Positions 9,897 through 18,045 of a DNA stretch of 64,000 nucleotides are shown in pieces. A program made the translations under genes and the position numbers. The notes beneath the pieces are model-generated. The model made no database searches. It had not been told where the DNA came from and saw only the letters and a list, made by a program, of their open reading frames with translations. Location of the stretch: NCBI GenBank assembly GCA_036676395.1, contig JAKFCY010000002.1:288001-352000 (forward strand), given 5' to 3'. The DNA is from Bdellovibrio sp. GTDB taxonomy: Bacteria > Bdellovibrionota > Bdellovibrionia > Bdellovibrionales > Bdellovibrionaceae. The stretch's first letter is position 1. Each line of letters begins with the position of its first letter.

Positions 9897-10900
9897 TGAA
9901 ACCTTGGAAAAAGGCTTTAAAAGTTGGTTTAGTTGGAGCTACTGGCGTTGTCGGTGAAACTTTCATTAACATGTTAGAAGAATACGCCTTACCGATCGAA
10001 GAACTGCGTCCGTTTGCTTCACAAAATTCATTGGGCATCAAGCTTGAGCTAGCAGGTAAAGAGTGGGCTTGTCAGGTTTTAAAACAAGGCTGTTTTGATG
10101 GCCTTGATATGGTGTTCTTTTCTTCAGGTGATGACATTTCAAAAGAATGGGCGCCTCACGCTGTAAAAGCTGGAGCATTCGCGATTGATAATTCAAACGC
10201 GTTTCGTATGGATGAAGGCATTAATCTTGTTGTTCCAGAAGTAAATGGCAATTTGCTTGATCAAAATTCTAAACCACAAATTATCGCTAATCCAAATTGT
10301 TCAACAATTCAGTTAGTTGTAGCCCTTAAACCATTACAAGATAAATTCGGTATCACTGATGTAACAGTTTCTAGTTACCAGGCGGTGAGTGGTGCAGGTC
10401 TTCCGGGTTTTGATGAATTACTTGATCAAACTAAAAATTTTCAAACTCCTGATCACGAACCAAAGATTTTTCCTAAACAAATTCTTTTTAACTGTATTCC
10501 GCAAATTGGGGGCTTCGGCGCAGATGGTTTCTGCACTGAAGAAACTAAGATCATGAATGAAACTGTTAAAATCATGGGTGATAAAGACATTAAAGTGTCG
10601 GCATTTACGGTGCGTATTCCGGCTTTGAATTCTCATTCTGAAGCCGTGTGGGTGACTTTAAAAAAATCAGCGACAAAAGACGAAGTGGTCAACGCTTTAG
10701 GTTCTTTTGAAGGTTTAGCAGTGATGCAAGATGATTACCCGACTGCATTAGACGTTTCTGGAGAAGAACCGGTTTTTGTTGGGCGTATTCACCAAGACCG
10801 CCACAATCCAAATCGTTGGTTAATGTGGGTTGTTTCAGACAATCTTAAAAAAGGTGCGGCGTTAAACGGCTTACAAATCGCAGAACGCATTTTTTCCTAG
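9896..10900 (+). CDS. asd: Aspartate-semialdehyde dehydrogenase
   Basis: VGATGVVG, IIANPNCST, SYQAVSGAG and DNLKKGAALN motifs. Confidence 0.96.
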   Translation: MKPWKKALKVGLVGATGVVGETFINMLEEYALPIEELRPFASQNSLGIKLELAGKEWACQVLKQGCFDGLDMVFFSSGDDISKEWAPHAVKAGAFAIDNSNAFRMDEGINLVVPEVNGNLLDQNSKPQIIANPNCSTIQLVVALKPLQDKFGITDVTVSSYQAVSGAGLPGFDELLDQTKNFQTPDHEPKIFPKQILFNCIPQIGGFGADGFCTEETKIMNETVKIMGDKDIKVSAFTVRIPALNSHSEAVWVTLKKSATKDEVVNALGSFEGLAVMQDDYPTALDVSGEEPVFVGRIHQDRHNPNRWLMWVVSDNLKKGAALNGLQIAERIFS

Positions 10901-10933
10901 CAAAGCCTAGTCTCCTATGCTGCAATATTTAAA

Positions 10934-13123
10934 GTGATGTTGCAGCGTAGTTTAATCCTTACATTTTTCTTATTAGTTCAAAATTTGCACGCAGCAACTT
11001 TTGAGATCATCAATGCAACGGGCGGAAGTTACACTGAAACCGATAGCAGTGGTAACGTCACTTTGTACGGCGGCTTAGCCGGAACTTGCGCAAGCCCTTC
11101 ATCAACATCAACTTGTAATACTTGTACAGACACCTCAGTGCCGCCAGTAGCCTGTAACCCGACGGCTATTAATGGCACTTTAAATATTGGCATTACCGTT
11201 CGCACTGGCACAGCGATTCCAGTTGCGGGAGCTAAAGTTCGTGTTTACACCGAAACTTCTAGTGCTAACCGCGTTCAGATTGGTCTTGATGGCACAATTC
11301 CGGCGACAGCAGCAAGTTCGACGGTAACGATTCCTGTGACTTTTAACTGGGGCAACATTTGCCAAAATGACTCTCGCTTTTCAAATACAACTTGTGTGGT
11401 GGCTTCGCCAGGTCCAAGTAATGGAACTGCTTTTGAAACTGCTCGAAAAATTGTGATCGGTATCGACGAAAATGGTGATGGCGATATCGATGAAGATGAT
11501 GAAATTGAAACAATGCCTGTGAAATATCATTATCTTGATTCGACTCAAGCGTCGGTTTCACAGCAATCAGTATGTACTGCGACAGATAATTCAAAGTTAG
11601 GCGCTTGCGGATTTGCATTAGATGTTGGCGGCGACGAAAAACTATTTATGCGTGATGTGATTTTATCTTCATCAACGCCTTTAGTTCCTGCCGATGCGCC
11701 TGAGTGGTACGGGGTTGCGTTCTTTTATCAAGATCAAACAGGCCAGGCTTTAACTCCAGGCAACGTTTCAACCGGTACAAATCCACCGATCATTAAAACT
11801 TACGATACAACTGATTATAGTATCGATGCGACGTTAAACGGTTTTACCAATTACCACGATTATTGTTTAATCATGGGTAATATTAATAAGTCTCAAAATA
11901 TTTTTTATTTAACCACTGGTGGAGTTTCCGCGGATAACTGCGGAACTCCTTCAGAGGTCGTAGGTCTGTTAGATGATAAAAGCTGTTTCATTTCAACAGC
12001 AGCTTTTGGTTCAGACATGGCGTTAGAGGTTGAAACGTTTAGACAATTTCGTAATCATTATTTGATTCCGTATGATTTTGGCCGTGATTTTATCAAAGCG
12101 TATTATGAATTTAGTCCACCAGCGGCTAATTTTATTGCCCAGTCTGAAGTGTTAAGGTTTGCGGCTCGCGTACTGCTGTATCCTTTTTATTTTTTTTCGG
12201 TGTTAAGTCTTAAATTCGGCTTTTTATTCGCTCTATTGTCAGTGGTGATGACTTTACTGTTTGTTCGTCAATTGAAATTATTTATGCAGATCTGGAAAAG
12301 TTTTGGTTTAAGTAACCGTTCACGCTTAAAAATCTGGATTCTTTTATTTTCATTAGCGTTTATTGCGCAATCACGTTCATACGCACAGATTTTTCCTAAC
12401 GAAAAAAAGGTGCAAAAGCCAGGTGCCGAAGCGGATGGCTTGGTTAAAATTGATAAAGACGGCGTTTATATCTATAAGCCTGAGCTGCAAAATGCAAAAC
12501 ACTCAAGTCATGTGCGTTTCGGCATGGTTTCAAATCCAGATGTTGAGTCTGAAATCTGCGATGAAAATGATTCAAACTGCCAGACGATTTCTTTTGATGA
12601 TATCTACAGTGGTGCTTCAGGAGTGGGTTTTGAATATGTGTATGAGTACTTCTTTTTTACTGATAGCGGGACTAACTTCGGTAAACTAGGCGGCCAACTT
12701 GGTATTTCAGCAAGTTATGCCCAGGGCCAAGGGCGCTTAGTTTCAAATTTAAATGCTGAATCTGTCGAATCATTTACTTTTTTAACGGTTCCGATGTTTG
12801 CCGGTGCTGTTTATCGTTTTGAATATCGCGATCGCCAAGTTTTGGTTCCGTATGCAGGCGGCGGCGGTGTTTACACGGTCTTAGCCGAAAAGCGTGAGGA
12901 TCGTTCAGACATTAAAGGGATCGGTGCTCCGGGCTTTTATGCGATTGGGGGCGGTTTACTAAATATCTCGGCCTTAGATCGTGATTTAGGGGCAGATTTC
13001 GAAGCGGAATATGATATTAAAAATTTATGGTTAAGTGCTGAATTCAAATTTATCAGCGTTAGCTCTGAAGCTTTTTCATTAGAAAATGGCTACGTCCAGG
13101 CCGGAATGGGTTTTGACTTCTAG
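10934..13123 (+). CDS. Exported protein with internal CFI-box-CTERM-like segment fused to a C-terminal beta-barrel-like domain
   Basis: Signal peptide; CFISTAAFGS...FRQFRNHYL...FIKAYYEFSP motif; hydrophobic helices; C-terminal beta strands ending GMGFDF. Confidence 0.7.
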   Translation: MMLQRSLILTFFLLVQNLHAATFEIINATGGSYTETDSSGNVTLYGGLAGTCASPSSTSTCNTCTDTSVPPVACNPTAINGTLNIGITVRTGTAIPVAGAKVRVYTETSSANRVQIGLDGTIPATAASSTVTIPVTFNWGNICQNDSRFSNTTCVVASPGPSNGTAFETARKIVIGIDENGDGDIDEDDEIETMPVKYHYLDSTQASVSQQSVCTATDNSKLGACGFALDVGGDEKLFMRDVILSSSTPLVPADAPEWYGVAFFYQDQTGQALTPGNVSTGTNPPIIKTYDTTDYSIDATLNGFTNYHDYCLIMGNINKSQNIFYLTTGGVSADNCGTPSEVVGLLDDKSCFISTAAFGSDMALEVETFRQFRNHYLIPYDFGRDFIKAYYEFSPPAANFIAQSEVLRFAARVLLYPFYFFSVLSLKFGFLFALLSVVMTLLFVRQLKLFMQIWKSFGLSNRSRLKIWILLFSLAFIAQSRSYAQIFPNEKKVQKPGAEADGLVKIDKDGVYIYKPELQNAKHSSHVRFGMVSNPDVESEICDENDSNCQTISFDDIYSGASGVGFEYVYEYFFFTDSGTNFGKLGGQLGISASYAQGQGRLVSNLNAESVESFTFLTVPMFAGAVYRFEYRDRQVLVPYAGGGGVYTVLAEKREDRSDIKGIGAPGFYAIGGGLLNISALDRDLGADFEAEYDIKNLWLSAEFKFISVSSEAFSLENGYVQAGMGFDF

Positions 13124-13162
13124 TCGATAGACTTCGCACCACAACTATATTAAAAGTTCTTC

Positions 13163-13960
13163 ATGCCTAGAATTAAATTTATCGTAAGCTATGACGGAAC
13201 TGACTATTGTGGTTGGCAACGGCAAACGGCAACTCATGAAAACAACACCAAGCCCAGCGTTAGCCAGACGATCTCTAAAGCTTTAGAAAAAATATTTAAA
13301 CACGATATTAATTTAAATGCCTCGGGCCGAACTGATGCAGGCGTGCATGCACTTAATCAGGTTTGTCACTTCGATACAACTCGTCCAGAAGAGAAAATGA
13401 TTGGCTGGGATTTAGGTTGGGCCCTGCAATCAAAACTTCCTGAATCTATAGTTATTAAAAAAGCGTGGATCGCGCCCCCTGAATTTCACGCAACAATTTC
13501 GGCCGATAAAAAAACTTACCGCTACTTAGTCTTAAATACTCACACTCCGAGCGCGATCAATGCGCGCAACATGGGGTGGATGCGTAAGCCTATGAATTTG
13601 AATTATTTTAATGAGTGCACTAAATATATAATCGGTGAGCATGACTTCAAAAGCTTCCAATCTGTAGGCACTGTGGTGCCTCATACGGTGCGTACGGTGC
13701 ACGAAGCTAAGTGGGAATGGCGCAATGAAAAAGTTGCCCAATTTACGATCACAGGCTCGGGATTTTTAAAACAAATGGTCAGAAATATCGTGGGAACGCA
13801 ATTACTGGCATTTCGCAAGGACTGGAAGCCAGAAACTATGCAAGAAATCCTGATGGCGCAGGACCGCCGCAAAGCCGGTCCCCCAGCCGAAGCCCGGGGT
13901 CTTTATTTATTGCGAGTTTATTATCCCCAAGACCTTGACAATAGGTGCCGTCAACTTTAA
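13163..13960 (+). CDS. truA: tRNA pseudouridine(38-40) synthase
   Basis: SYDGTDYCGWQ, SGRTDAGVHA, GEHDF and FLKQMVRNIVG motifs. Confidence 0.96.
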   Translation: MPRIKFIVSYDGTDYCGWQRQTATHENNTKPSVSQTISKALEKIFKHDINLNASGRTDAGVHALNQVCHFDTTRPEEKMIGWDLGWALQSKLPESIVIKKAWIAPPEFHATISADKKTYRYLVLNTHTPSAINARNMGWMRKPMNLNYFNECTKYIIGEHDFKSFQSVGTVVPHTVRTVHEAKWEWRNEKVAQFTITGSGFLKQMVRNIVGTQLLAFRKDWKPETMQEILMAQDRRKAGPPAEARGLYLLRVYYPQDLDNRCRQL

Positions 13961-13963
13961 AAC
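13935..13963 (+). promoter_or_regulatory. Putative sigma70 promoter of rplM-rpsI inside the truA 3' end
   Basis: TTGACA-N17-TAAAAC. Confidence 0.45.
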
Positions 13964-13988
13964 ACTCATTCTATCTTTGGAGATATAA

Positions 13989-14435
13989 ATGAAAACTTGG
14001 AACGCAAAAACTGAAGAAACAGACAGACAGTGGTACGTTGTAGACGCTTCTGGCTTAAGATTAGGTCGCTTAGCGACACACGTAGCAAATGTTTTACGTG
14101 GCAAAAATTTACCTACATTCACACCTAATGCTGACGCTGGTGGTTTTGTTGTTGTTATCAACTCTGACAAAATTGAAATGACTGGTAATAAATGGAACAC
14201 AAAAAAGTACTACAGACATTCTCGCTTTTTTGGATCATTAAAAGAAAAAACAGCTGAGATCATGAGAGCAGAAAATTCTGCATTCATTATCGAAGATGCA
14301 GTAAAAGGTATGTTACCAGTTAACAAACTTTCTAAAACATTAATTACAAAACTTAAAGTATACCCTGGTGCTGAGCATCCTCATGCTGCTCAAAAACCTC
14401 AAGCGCTTACAATCAAAGTTAAGACTACGAAATAA
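13989..14435 (+). CDS. rplM: 50S ribosomal protein L13
   Basis: WYVVDA..LGRLA, LRGK, AVKGMLP and HPHAAQKP motifs. Confidence 0.97.
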   Translation: MKTWNAKTEETDRQWYVVDASGLRLGRLATHVANVLRGKNLPTFTPNADAGGFVVVINSDKIEMTGNKWNTKKYYRHSRFFGSLKEKTAEIMRAENSAFIIEDAVKGMLPVNKLSKTLITKLKVYPGAEHPHAAQKPQALTIKVKTTK

Positions 14436-14443
14436 GAAGGTAA

Positions 14444-14851
14444 ATGAATATGGCAGCAGCAGCAGAAAAATTATTTTATGCAACTGGTAGAAGAAAAACG
14501 AGCTCAGCTCGTGTTTACTTAAAACCAGGTAAAGGCAAAGTAACTATCAATGGTAAAGAATCAGATAGCTATTTAACTCGTTTACAATCTCGCATGGTGA
14601 TCATGCAACCTATCGAACTATTAGGCCAAGCTGGTAAATTTGATTTACGAGTTATGGTTGCTGGTGGTGGTGAGTCAGGCCAAGCCGGAGCTATCCGTCA
14701 CGGTGTTACTCGCGCTTTAATTTTATTCAATCCTGAGTTCAAAGGTGAACTTAAAAAAGCTGGATTTGTTACGCGTGACCCTCGTATGGTTGAACGTAAA
14801 AAATACGGTATCCGTGGTGCTCGTCGTCGCGGTCAATACTCAAAACGTTAA
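14444..14851 (+). CDS. rpsI: 30S ribosomal protein S9 (alternative start 14450)
   Basis: [37 protein letters not shown] and QYSKR motifs. Confidence 0.97.
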   Translation: MNMAAAAEKLFYATGRRKTSSARVYLKPGKGKVTINGKESDSYLTRLQSRMVIMQPIELLGQAGKFDLRVMVAGGGESGQAGAIRHGVTRALILFNPEFKGELKKAGFVTRDPRMVERKKYGIRGARRRGQYSKR

Positions 14852-14906
14852 TCGTTTTGTCCAGCTACGCTGGCAATACAAAAAATCATTCCAAAGATGG
14901 TTTACG

Positions 14907-14938
14907 AAAAACCCAATCGAAAGATTGGGTTTTTTTTT
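14907..14938 (+). terminator. Intrinsic terminator after rpsI
   Basis: AAAAACCCAATC-GAAA-GATTGGGTTTTT followed by further T residues. Confidence 0.9.
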
Positions 14939-15028
14939 GTTTAAAATAGGAAGCTTCATTCGAAGAGTTTCATTCTCCGTTCTCTTGTTAGTTTAGTTTT
15001 TCATTTTAAATTTTGTGGTTCGAACGGG

Positions 15029-15057
15029 TAAATGGAATTGCTGTGCAATTCCATTTA
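15029..15057. repeat. Perfect 13-bp inverted repeat in intergenic DNA
   Basis: TAAATGGAATTGC-tgt-GCAATTCCATTTA. Confidence 0.85.
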
Positions 15058-15338
15058 TTGTTTGGGGAAGTTAATTTTTCTTCATGGATACTTGGGTGGG
15101 TTTGTTGGTTGATTGGTAAAAATCCTTGTCTCATTGCGAGAGTTTACTCGTCGTTGGTCCAGTTTTGCCGTAATCGGCTGGCTGTTTCCGGCAAGATTGC
15201 GAAAAATTCGGGGTGCGGTAAGTTTGCGGAATTAGTGGGCATTTCAAAAGCCGAGGTTTAAATAAGATTGTGTGTAGAAAACTTAACAGCTTTTTGACAA
15301 TATTGCTTTATTAAATCAAGTCCTGTTGCTAAACTGTA

Positions 15339-15408
15339 TTCAAGTAACCGGTTAAACCTCAGAAATATTCTATAAGTGAGGTTTTATTTATAGGAATGGT
15401 TACTTGAA
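15339..15408 (+). promoter_or_regulatory. Nested inverted repeats, putative structured 5' UTR
   Basis: TTCAAGTAACC/GGTTACTTGAA enclosing AAACCTCA/TGAGGTTT; the outer stem abuts SD AAGGAG. Confidence 0.55.
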
Positions 15409-15417
15409 GGAGCACAA

Positions 15418-15741
15418 ATGTTAACAACACAGACAACAAACCAGATAGAGATCCTTGCTAAGTTCTTGAAAGAAAAACGTGTACAATCAGGTTTATCACA
15501 AAAAGACGTTGCAGAACGCTTAGGTTATTCAACTTCTCAATTCATTTCGAACTGGGAAAGAGGTATTTCTCACCCACCATTAAATACGTTGAGAAGTTTA
15601 TCTCAGCTTTACAAAATCAACCCAGAAGAGATGTTTGAAGTCTTATTAAAGGCGACAGTAGCTCAGGTTGAAGTAGATCTGAAAAAGAAATTCTATGCTG
15701 CTGCAACAACAGCTGCACCAGAAGCTGCGCACGGTTCTTAG
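15418..15741 (+). CDS. XRE/Cro-C1 family HTH transcriptional regulator
   Basis: LKEKRVQSGLSQKDVAERLGYSTSQFISNWERG; SD AAGGAG. Confidence 0.92.
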   Translation: MLTTQTTNQIEILAKFLKEKRVQSGLSQKDVAERLGYSTSQFISNWERGISHPPLNTLRSLSQLYKINPEEMFEVLLKATVAQVEVDLKKKFYAAATTAAPEAAHGS

Positions 15742-15810
15742 TACCTGAATTAAAAAGAGGCCGGACTTACGTCCGGACTCTAAATAGCAAAAATTCTCTA
15801 TCACATTTTG

Positions 15811-15856
15811 ACTCTCTCTAAAAATGGTTATAACCAGATTTCGAGAGAGTTTTTTT
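15811..15856 (+). terminator. Probable intrinsic terminator
   Basis: ACTCTCTC...GAGAGAGT stem with inner pairing, followed by a T run. Confidence 0.65.
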
Positions 15857-15885
15857 ATGTAAATAAAAAAACATCTATATGCTAT

Positions 15886-15912
15886 TCAGCAACGTCCTAT
15901 TAGTGCCGATAT
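15886..15912 (+). promoter_or_regulatory. Putative sigma28 promoter
   Basis: TCAG-N15-GCCGATAT. Confidence 0.55.
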
Positions 15913-15919
15913 ATTTTTT

Positions 15920-16456
15920 ATGAAGATTAAATACATTTTTCTATCGGTAATCGTGCTGCTGTCCTTTTATCAGAACTGTTCACAGAAGCGGAATAATGAG
16001 AATGAAAATCGGCGAAGTCTAGGTGATCTTCAGATTGAAAAAGTAAGATTACATGATCAGGATCCGACAGAATTAATAAAAGGTTCAGCTGTCCCGGCCT
16101 TAATGAGTATGAATCAATATTTGTTAGATTCAGCTACGGGTGTTCTTGTTGAGTACAATGGATCGGGTGATAAAGTTGCCACATATTGTTTAACGCAGGA
16201 TCTGTTAACTGAAGCTCGCAATATTCTTTCAAAGTCAGAAGTGTGCAAGCCACTTCCGATGCCTCCTGAGACAGTGTGCGCAGCAGTTGTTATTCCTCCT
16301 TGGGCAGAACTAGTTACTCAAGACGAAGAAGTTATCAAACTAGGTTATGGTGGCTGTGATGGGGCTCTAAACCTTTGTGATGGCCAAGCGGTCGTTTTTA
16401 AGCAATGGATATATGATGTTCGAATGCGGCTACCCCAACTGGTTTGTGGCCCATAG
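15920..16456 (+). CDS. Cys-rich putative lipoprotein (YQNC type), paralog of 16563..17126
   Basis: MKIKYIF...SFYQNCS signal; shares its Cys pattern with the next gene. Confidence 0.8.
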   Translation: MKIKYIFLSVIVLLSFYQNCSQKRNNENENRRSLGDLQIEKVRLHDQDPTELIKGSAVPALMSMNQYLLDSATGVLVEYNGSGDKVATYCLTQDLLTEARNILSKSEVCKPLPMPPETVCAAVVIPPWAELVTQDEEVIKLGYGGCDGALNLCDGQAVVFKQWIYDVRMRLPQLVCGP

Positions 16457-16562
16457 TTGCACTGAATTTTAACTAAAATTTTCACCTTTTTATCATTTAG
16501 AAACGTCTCATTTATGCCGATAGTCTATTGAGACGAACTGGATCATGAAAAGGGGCATTAAA

Positions 16563-17126
16563 ATGAAAATTAAATCCATCATATTTTTAGTTGTCGTTTT
16601 ATTTTTCTCATACCAAAACTGTTCGCAAAAACAATTTGCTGACGAAACTTCACAAAAATCACAAAACGTTGTCAGCAGTCAGAAATTATCTGATCTGCAA
16701 GTGCAGAACTTAAAGTTTTTTACTGAAAAAGATTCTGAAATTCAAAAGGGTGACCATAAGTTTTACGTTAAAACTAAAACGTTATATTCTTTAGATACTG
16801 AATCTGGGGTTTTAGCCGAGCATGATCAGGCGGCTGATACTTTAAATACGTTTTGTTTAAATACTGAATTACTCAATGAAATTCGTTCTTTAATTTCGAG
16901 TTCATCGATTTGTCGTAGTGGCCCGTCAACGGCTGAAGCGTGTGCGCAAGTGATTACCGATCCTTACGCTGAGTTGGTTACAGCAGGCGATCTGATTCAA
17001 TTGGGCTCAGCTTCAGATGCATGTGGATCAAATAAAATCGACCTTTGTGATGATCAATCCAGCGTTTTAAAAGGCTGGATTGAATCTGTTCATTCACAAT
17101 TACCGCAATTAGGTTGCGGTATATAA
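16563..17126 (+). CDS. Cys-rich putative lipoprotein (YQNC type), paralog of 15920..16456
   Basis: SD AGGGG before ATG 16563; FSYQNCS signal; shared motifs (D..GVL.E, FCL..ELL.E.R, AELVT, LPQL.CG). Confidence 0.8.
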   Translation: MKIKSIIFLVVVLFFSYQNCSQKQFADETSQKSQNVVSSQKLSDLQVQNLKFFTEKDSEIQKGDHKFYVKTKTLYSLDTESGVLAEHDQAADTLNTFCLNTELLNEIRSLISSSSICRSGPSTAEACAQVITDPYAELVTAGDLIQLGSASDACGSNKIDLCDDQSSVLKGWIESVHSQLPQLGCGI

Positions 17127-17134
17127 TTTAAAAA

Positions 17135-17926
17135 TTAGTCGCAGTGAGGAACTCCGGCTAAGCCATTATTATATTTATCTAAATCCGTAGCTAAGTTTGT
17201 CATTATCATTCCTGCAGGTGATGCCGGTGCAACAAAAGCTGCTCCCACTGGTGGAATCAGCAAAGCTCCAATGGCTGTGTCTGCATTTGCGATTGTTGTA
17301 AGTATCGGAGCACTGCTTGCATTCGCCAAAATATTAGCTTTTGCTGCAATTAACTGATGTGCCAAAATTAACAAAGCATTTCCAGCCGCAGGTGCATCAA
17401 GAATGCTATCTAACTGCACGGCTGTGTAAGCGTTCGCTCCTAAAGCTAAAGTTGCTGGCGCTGGTATTAATGCTTTAAGTAAAGCTTGTCCTTGCGGACT
17501 GCTTCCCCAAAAACCTTGGGTGCGTGTGCAGCCAAGATCAGTATCAGTTCTGCGTCTGTTGCCGAAGACGATCATCTCGCTTGAATCTTTTGAGGTTATT
17601 TCGTACTCGACACACTGCGGAGTTGTTGGAACCCATGGCGTGTTCAGAGGCAGAACCTCGCAGACAATATAATTTTGAAACGGAAGATTCGTAAAAAGAT
17701 AGCGGCCCTGGGCATCGGTAATATCACTATCAGCATAAGGAATTCCGCCAACATTTTGGATAACGATCTGAATGCCGGGTATACGGGGTTCGGCATTGTC
17801 TACACCATTGCCATTTAGATCATTAAATTTATGTCCGTGAATTGTGCCCCAGGGAGCTGCATGAGCAACAGTGGTAGCGAAAATTAAAAGAAAAACAGTA
17901 ATGATTTTGTTAACGAAAGATTGCAT
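17135..17926 (-). CDS. Secreted protein with SdrD-B/Cna-B-like Ig domain and GCTRTQGFW-type C-terminal domain
   Basis: Signal peptide AHA-A; GTIHGHKFNDLNGNG..D..EPRIPG, TDAQGRYLF..L and FGN motifs. Confidence 0.75.
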   Translation of the reverse strand: MQSFVNKIITVFLLIFATTVAHAAPWGTIHGHKFNDLNGNGVDNAEPRIPGIQIVIQNVGGIPYADSDITDAQGRYLFTNLPFQNYIVCEVLPLNTPWVPTTPQCVEYEITSKDSSEMIVFGNRRRTDTDLGCTRTQGFWGSSPQGQALLKALIPAPATLALGANAYTAVQLDSILDAPAAGNALLILAHQLIAAKANILANASSAPILTTIANADTAIGALLIPPVGAAFVAPASPAGMIMTNLATDLDKYNNGLAGVPHCD

Positions 17927-17976
17927 GTGATTTTTTTCCCTTCAGTGCAAAGAATTTTTTTATAAACTCTTTGCAC

Positions 17977-17992
17977 TGCCAGCTTTATGCCA
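17977..17992 (-). promoter_or_regulatory. Possible sigma54 promoter for 17135..17926
   Basis: Minus strand reads TGGCAT-AAAGC-TGGCA with correct GG-N10-GC spacing. Confidence 0.4.
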
Positions 17993-18045
17993 AGGAAGAT
18001 AAAGATCACACGCCTATGTTGCTGGGCGCGAAGGGGAATTAAGTC

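Noticed and set aside
14880..14940. GAAA-tetraloop hairpin as a c-di-GMP riboswitch
   Set aside because: It lacks the second stem and conserved junction; the T tract and position fit an rpsI terminator.
15017..15030. GGTTCGAA, resembling a tRNA T-loop
   Set aside because: No T-stem, acceptor stem or cloverleaf could be built around it.
15013..15261. 82-aa ORF in the long intergenic region
   Set aside because: No SD, atypical composition, and it overlaps an inverted repeat; not supportable as a gene.
15418..15741. XRE regulator as a prophage repressor
   Set aside because: No integrase, att site or phage genes nearby.
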